A stretch of DNA of 55,401 nucleotides, counting the filler, from Sphacelaria rigidula (lineage: Eukaryota), in the NCBI GenBank assembly GCA_964200075.2. It is 3 parts of 3 records of this genome, joined end to end, with 100 filler letters (N's around TTAATTAATTAA, not from the genome) between each part and the next. Parts side by side here need not be neighbours in the genome. Positions count along the whole stretch, not along the records: positions 37,009 to 55,401 come from CAXNAA020000867.1; 2 more parts are not named here. One strand, given 5' to 3'. This document shows, in pieces, positions 50,965 through 55,401 of this stretch. The notes beneath the pieces were generated by a model. It was not told the origin of the DNA. It worked only from the letters and a program-made list of their open reading frames with translations, and did no database searches. Position 1 is the stretch's first letter, and each line of letters begins with the position of its first letter. The position numbers and the translations under genes were made by a program.

Positions 50965-51468
50965 GTTGGCGTCGGTTGGCAAGGACGCTATAAAACGCGC
51001 CACTCACTGCGTGAGCCAGGCAGCAAGGTTACCTTTTTTTTGCGCTCGCGTTGTTTTTGCGGTAACTATGATGGTGGTCACGCTAGATCATGTTGCACAG
51101 GGTGGAGAAGCTCCAATCCGTGCAAAAGGGATGATCATCCTACGTAGTGCTGAAATGGTGAGACACGCATGAGACAGTATGGAACCCGTGTCTGTCTATA
51201 GTAGTGGCGCTACCAGAGTATGAAGCAACTCATTGGAGGCTATCAATCCACATGCAAGATAGTCAGTACGCTTCGGGCCGAACAATCTTAGGAGGACGCA
51301 GCTCACCCTTCATGCGACTCGCCGAACACATCATTGCGCTCCGCGCTTGGTGATTGATTACGACCCTGGTCTGGCGAAAACCGGCGTGCTCCCTTCCGGC
51401 TTTGTAAGGGTGCGATGTCAATGGTCAGATGACTACGGCATGCATGATCATGAGTACCCCCCCCCCCC
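50965..51468 (+). mobile_element. 3' portion of a retroelement ending in poly(C) (long type)
   Basis: Matches 25560-26055; ends gatcatgagta followed by a C run. Confidence 0.75.
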
Positions 51469-52198
51469 TCGGGGGGGACGACTATTATCCCATCCCTAGG
51501 AAAACCAGAGGCCTAACCTCCACATGAGACGTCATTGCATTTAAGATGTTTTCTATGGCAATACGTGCGATGTATTAAATTTTCGACACTCGATGAGGTC
51601 TTGAGTGTACTGGAACAGCGGAAACAGAAGGGGGACACCAATACTGTAGCCCGCAAGTTGTTCTAAATTCAAATGAGTTGGCCAGGACCCGTCGGTCGAT
51701 GTGCTGAAACCTTTACTTAGCTTTTGCCACGACTGACATCGTCCGATTCGGCCGCAAATTACGTCTACCCTCTCCCTAATTCGATACCGTAGATTCTATT
51801 TTCGGATTGCCTTTTTCAGTACGTGCCTTGGATCCCCAAAATGGCAGTGCGAGATATGGCGGGCATTTTTCTACTAGCAGTAAATCCCGAAAAAGGCACT
51901 TCGGATTCGGCATCTCCACCCAATTCCCGGTCGGAACATGCTTTCTTTTTTTCCACTTCAATAAGAAATGGATGGACGAGACTGTGGCCTGGAATAGCGG
52001 AGAACTGTCCAACGGCAAATGCAATGGAAAGTTGATTTTGGAACGCGTGTGCAAAGATGAGTTCGACCTGGGGTAACTCGAAAGATTTCCGAATCCGGAC
52101 ACTCATGTGTTGGAAAATAGTGGCGTCTCTACTACTACTTTATGAGCGAGTTATTTTGGAAATATTACACACCCTGGACAATATATGGCCAATAGATG

Positions 52199-52306
52199 CA
52201 ATAGACGAGAAGTGCATTGCATAAAGTATAGACCCATTGCGACTATTACCGGCCGACAATAGTCGCAATAGGCCTGTACTTCATGCAGTACGTTTCTTGT
52301 CTATTG
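52199..52306. repeat. 108 bp hairpin or mini-MITE
   Basis: 49 bp arms, 10 nt loop; all arm differences are transitions. Confidence 0.85.
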
Positions 52307-52864
52307 TAACTGTTGACCATATTTTGTCCACGGTGTGAAATATTGTGTTCCCCCTTTCCCCCTGACCGGTTTTGAGGCACAAGTCAAGCGAGTGTATGTG
52401 CCTTCGCGAAGCTGTTCGTGGGTTGACGTTATTGTCATCCTGTGCAGGTGTGGTTCACAATGGCGGCCACCGCTTTTGATAATTGCTGCGTTATATGCCA
52501 ACAACATACATCCTTTCTATTCAGCTACGTTTTTTTGTATTTGTGGCACATGTCGGGCGTGGTGTTTTGATCTTTTACGCACGTCGCATGGTCTCAACCA
52601 TAACTTGAGTCCTGGCTGTCTGTACTAAACACCGTACCGTACACGAAAACTTGTTCCATGAGCGACTGATCACAACGGCATGAAGCAGTCAGCGTGTCAC
52701 GGCTGTCCATTGAACAGCCTGTCTACCGCACGGGCCACTACTATTATTGCTGCTTAGTATCGCACAACAACAGTCCATACAGTGTCCAGCTATCTTGACA
52801 GCACACGGGGGGCGACGGGCGAGGCAAGGCATTGAGACTACGCACAGAGAGAAGGACACCACTT

Positions 52865-53228
52865 GTTGTGTGTGTGTTGTGTGTGTTGTGTGTGTTGTCT
52901 CATCTATTCTGGTCGCCGGTCTACACCTTTCGGTATATGTGGGCGCACCAGCCCGAGTCACACAGAAGGAAGGTCAACACAAGAGTTTTTTTTTTTTTAG
53001 TACCCCGCCTTCTCCTGCGGTGCGTGCCTTTATTTTTTATCGCGATAGGGGTTCGGCAGTCCCTTTCCCTCGTCGACTGTTGAGTCGAATTATGTGTACC
53101 CACGACAAAGTTGCTCTCCACTGTTGTGCATGGTGTGAGAAAAGATCCCAGATCGCTCCGAGATTTGAACCCATGGCCCAATCGTGAGAACGTTTCGAGG
53201 CTACCGACTGAGCCACCGGGGTGACCGG
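52865..53228 (-). mobile_element. SINE family A copy
   Basis: Shared head and body; tail of (ACAACACAC)-like units. Confidence 0.9.
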
Positions 53229-53527
53229 CTCTCAGACACCTCTTTTGCTCGTGAAGCACACCAGTCAAAAGGGTCACTTCCTTGTGTTCGAGCTTGGTGC
53301 GTGACTCATAATTTTCTTTTGAAAACCTCCGGGCACGGTGAAGTTCGAAAGCTTTTCAGTTGATCTGTGGTCAGGCACATCCCCCCACCCCCCCGCCCTG
53401 TGCTCCGTCTCGAAAGGGATGCGTGATCAATGGTCAAACGACTCAGGCAAGCAACAAATGAGTACGCACTGTGAACTCCTGGATGTACCTGGACTGTCAA
53501 CCCTCGAAAAGGTTTTGAGGCAGACTC

Positions 53528-53530
<3 letters not shown>

Positions 53531-53561
<31 letters not shown>

Positions 53562-54999
53562 GTCATCCCATTTATTCTGGACGCCGGTCCACACCTGTCG
53601 GTCAGTATATGTGGGTGCACGAGCCGGGTCACACAGGAGGAAGGTCAACACAGTAGAATTTTCTTTTTTGTTTGTATTAATTCTCCATCCTTCTGTGTTG
53701 CTCGCCTTCTTATATTTTGTCGCGAGAGGGGTTCAGCAGTCTCTTTCCCTCGTCGACCGTAAGTCGAATTTTGTGTACCCACGAACGTCATCGTCGCTCT
53801 CCACTGTTCGGCATTTTGTGAGAAAAAATCCCAGATCGCTCCGAGAGTTGAACCCAAGCCCCAACCGTCAGAAGGTTACACGGTTCGGACGAATCAGAGT
53901 TCATGTTGGTTGACTCTTGATGAATGTTCGAGTGTGAATCATGTACCAATGAGTCATCCGGCACGAACCACGAATGAAGTTGTATATCCAAGGTCATGCC
54001 GCACGAATCATTGAATTGAAATGTGTATACTTCAGGTTGTGTACCACGAATCAGTATCGAGAAACACGTACGAATCATCGTCCATGTACGAATCATTTGT
54101 GGAAAACACATACTCATTATTCATTCCCCATGAACCAAAGGGTGGGCCACATGTACCCATGAGTCATCCCGCATAAACTTGACGGGATGAATATGTACTC
54201 ACGATTCATTCCGCATGAACTAAAGGGTACGATACATGTATCAATGGTCCATGCCGTATGAATTGAAGGCAGGAGACATGCATCAATGATTCATCCCGCA
54301 TGAAAGCAAGGGGATATATGTGTATCCATAATTCATGGATTTATGATGAAAAAGGGAGAAAACGTACCCTTAATTCATGTCGGATGACGGGGAGGTGAGA
54401 AAAATGTACACATGATTCATGTCGTATGAAGCCAAGGTGGAAATCACGTGCCCACGATTCACGACTCATGAATCACGGGTGGAAAGCGGGAGCAAATCTC
54501 CGCCCTCTGCGGGACCGTACGATTTGTTTCATGTGTGAACCAAGAAGTCACAACACACATGATGGATGTTCCACAAACACAACTTGAAGTACGATACTAG
54601 TTTACGCACCCCCTTCCCCGCAAATACTTCCGGGTGTCATCCAAACCGAGATACCCCAGGGTACATGCGATTCATGCCGAATGAACTAAGCGTTGGGCGA
54701 CATGTACACACGATTCATCCCGCATGAACTGAAGGAGATGATTGTGTGCCCATGATTTACGCCGTCTGAAGGGAAGAAAGGAAAAATATACCTTCTACGG
54801 TGTCCCGCACGAATCACGAAGTCGGAATGTGTACACTTCAATTTGTTTCGTAGGAATCACGGAACCAAAACATGTACAAATCACGAACCAATTACGAATC
54901 GTACAGTATGATTTATTCGTTCAAATGATTAACACGATTTCATTTGTCCGAACCGTGGAAGGTTACGAGGTTACCAACTGAGCCACCGGGGGCGACCGG
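53531..54999 (-). mobile_element. SINE family A copy split by a hAT insertion (53879-54957)
   Basis: The body ends at gaaggtta (53878) and resumes at gaaggtta (54958) with the A-box end. Confidence 0.9.
53879..54957. mobile_element. Non-autonomous hAT-like element with internal ~43 bp degenerate repeats
   Basis: TIR cacggttcggac / gtccgaaccgtg, exact 8 bp target duplication GAAGGTTA (53871-53878 and 54958-54965). Confidence 0.92.
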
Positions 55000-55401
55000 T
55001 CGCAATCAAAGAGTCAATCTTCATTTTGAAAACCTTATGTGTGCGAGCTGGGCCAGCAGTAAATCCCGCATTTGCACGTCACACCATGATTTATCAAGCT
55101 TACTAGAGCAGCCCGACTTGAGCATATCGGTGTGAACTGCAGACCAACCTGGTCACGCACGGCACCGCCGCTGAAAAAAGAAAAATTGAAAACAAATGTA
55201 CTGCATCAATTGTGACCTTACTGACGGAACAATAAAAAGGAATATGTCGGGATTCGAACTCGTGACCTCTGTAACTGGAGTCTCCTGTATCACTTATTTT
55301 GAAAGGCGGCCGAAATTGCACCAGGATCTCCTGCAGGCATTATTATATTATTATTATATCCATCACATTAGCTCGATCTCTCGAACCCGTGGTCACAGAG
55401 T

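Noticed and set aside
54100-54480. CRISPR-like repeat/spacer appearance
   Set aside because: Repeats are degenerate, variable parts are only about 10-15 nt, the array lies inside a hAT element with TIR and target duplication, and there are no cas genes in this eukaryotic DNA.

Overview
Eukaryotic, intron-rich, repeat-dense DNA of about 50% GC. It is most likely from a brown alga or related stramenopile; this is inferred from gene structure and repeat style, not proven. The window is not one locus: three pieces of nearly equal length (1-18406, 18507-36908, 37009-55401) are joined by artificial 44N-TTAATTAATTAA-44N spacers. Host genes: a six-exon BTB-BACK protein gene on the minus strand (42669-37579, 3' end cut by the spacer), a probable terminal exon at 17943-18264, and exons of an unknown protein at 1.1-3.8 kb. 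Most of the remainder is non-autonomous mobile DNA: two tRNA-derived SINE families, retroelement 3' ends with poly(C) or (CAA)n tails, hAT-, piggyBac-, Tc1/pogo- and Ginger-like TIR elements, and long palindromes. The main finding is in the middle piece: two heavily decayed, convergent reading frames carry, in the expected order, motifs resembling the L polymerase of non-segmented negative-strand RNA viruses (RdRp and PRNTase on + at about 24.9-28.9 kb; PRNTase and cap methyltransferase on - at about 36.8-32.5 kb). They are candidate endogenous Mononegavirales-like viral elements. I read them by eye across stops and frameshifts, so they need a frameshift-aware homology search.
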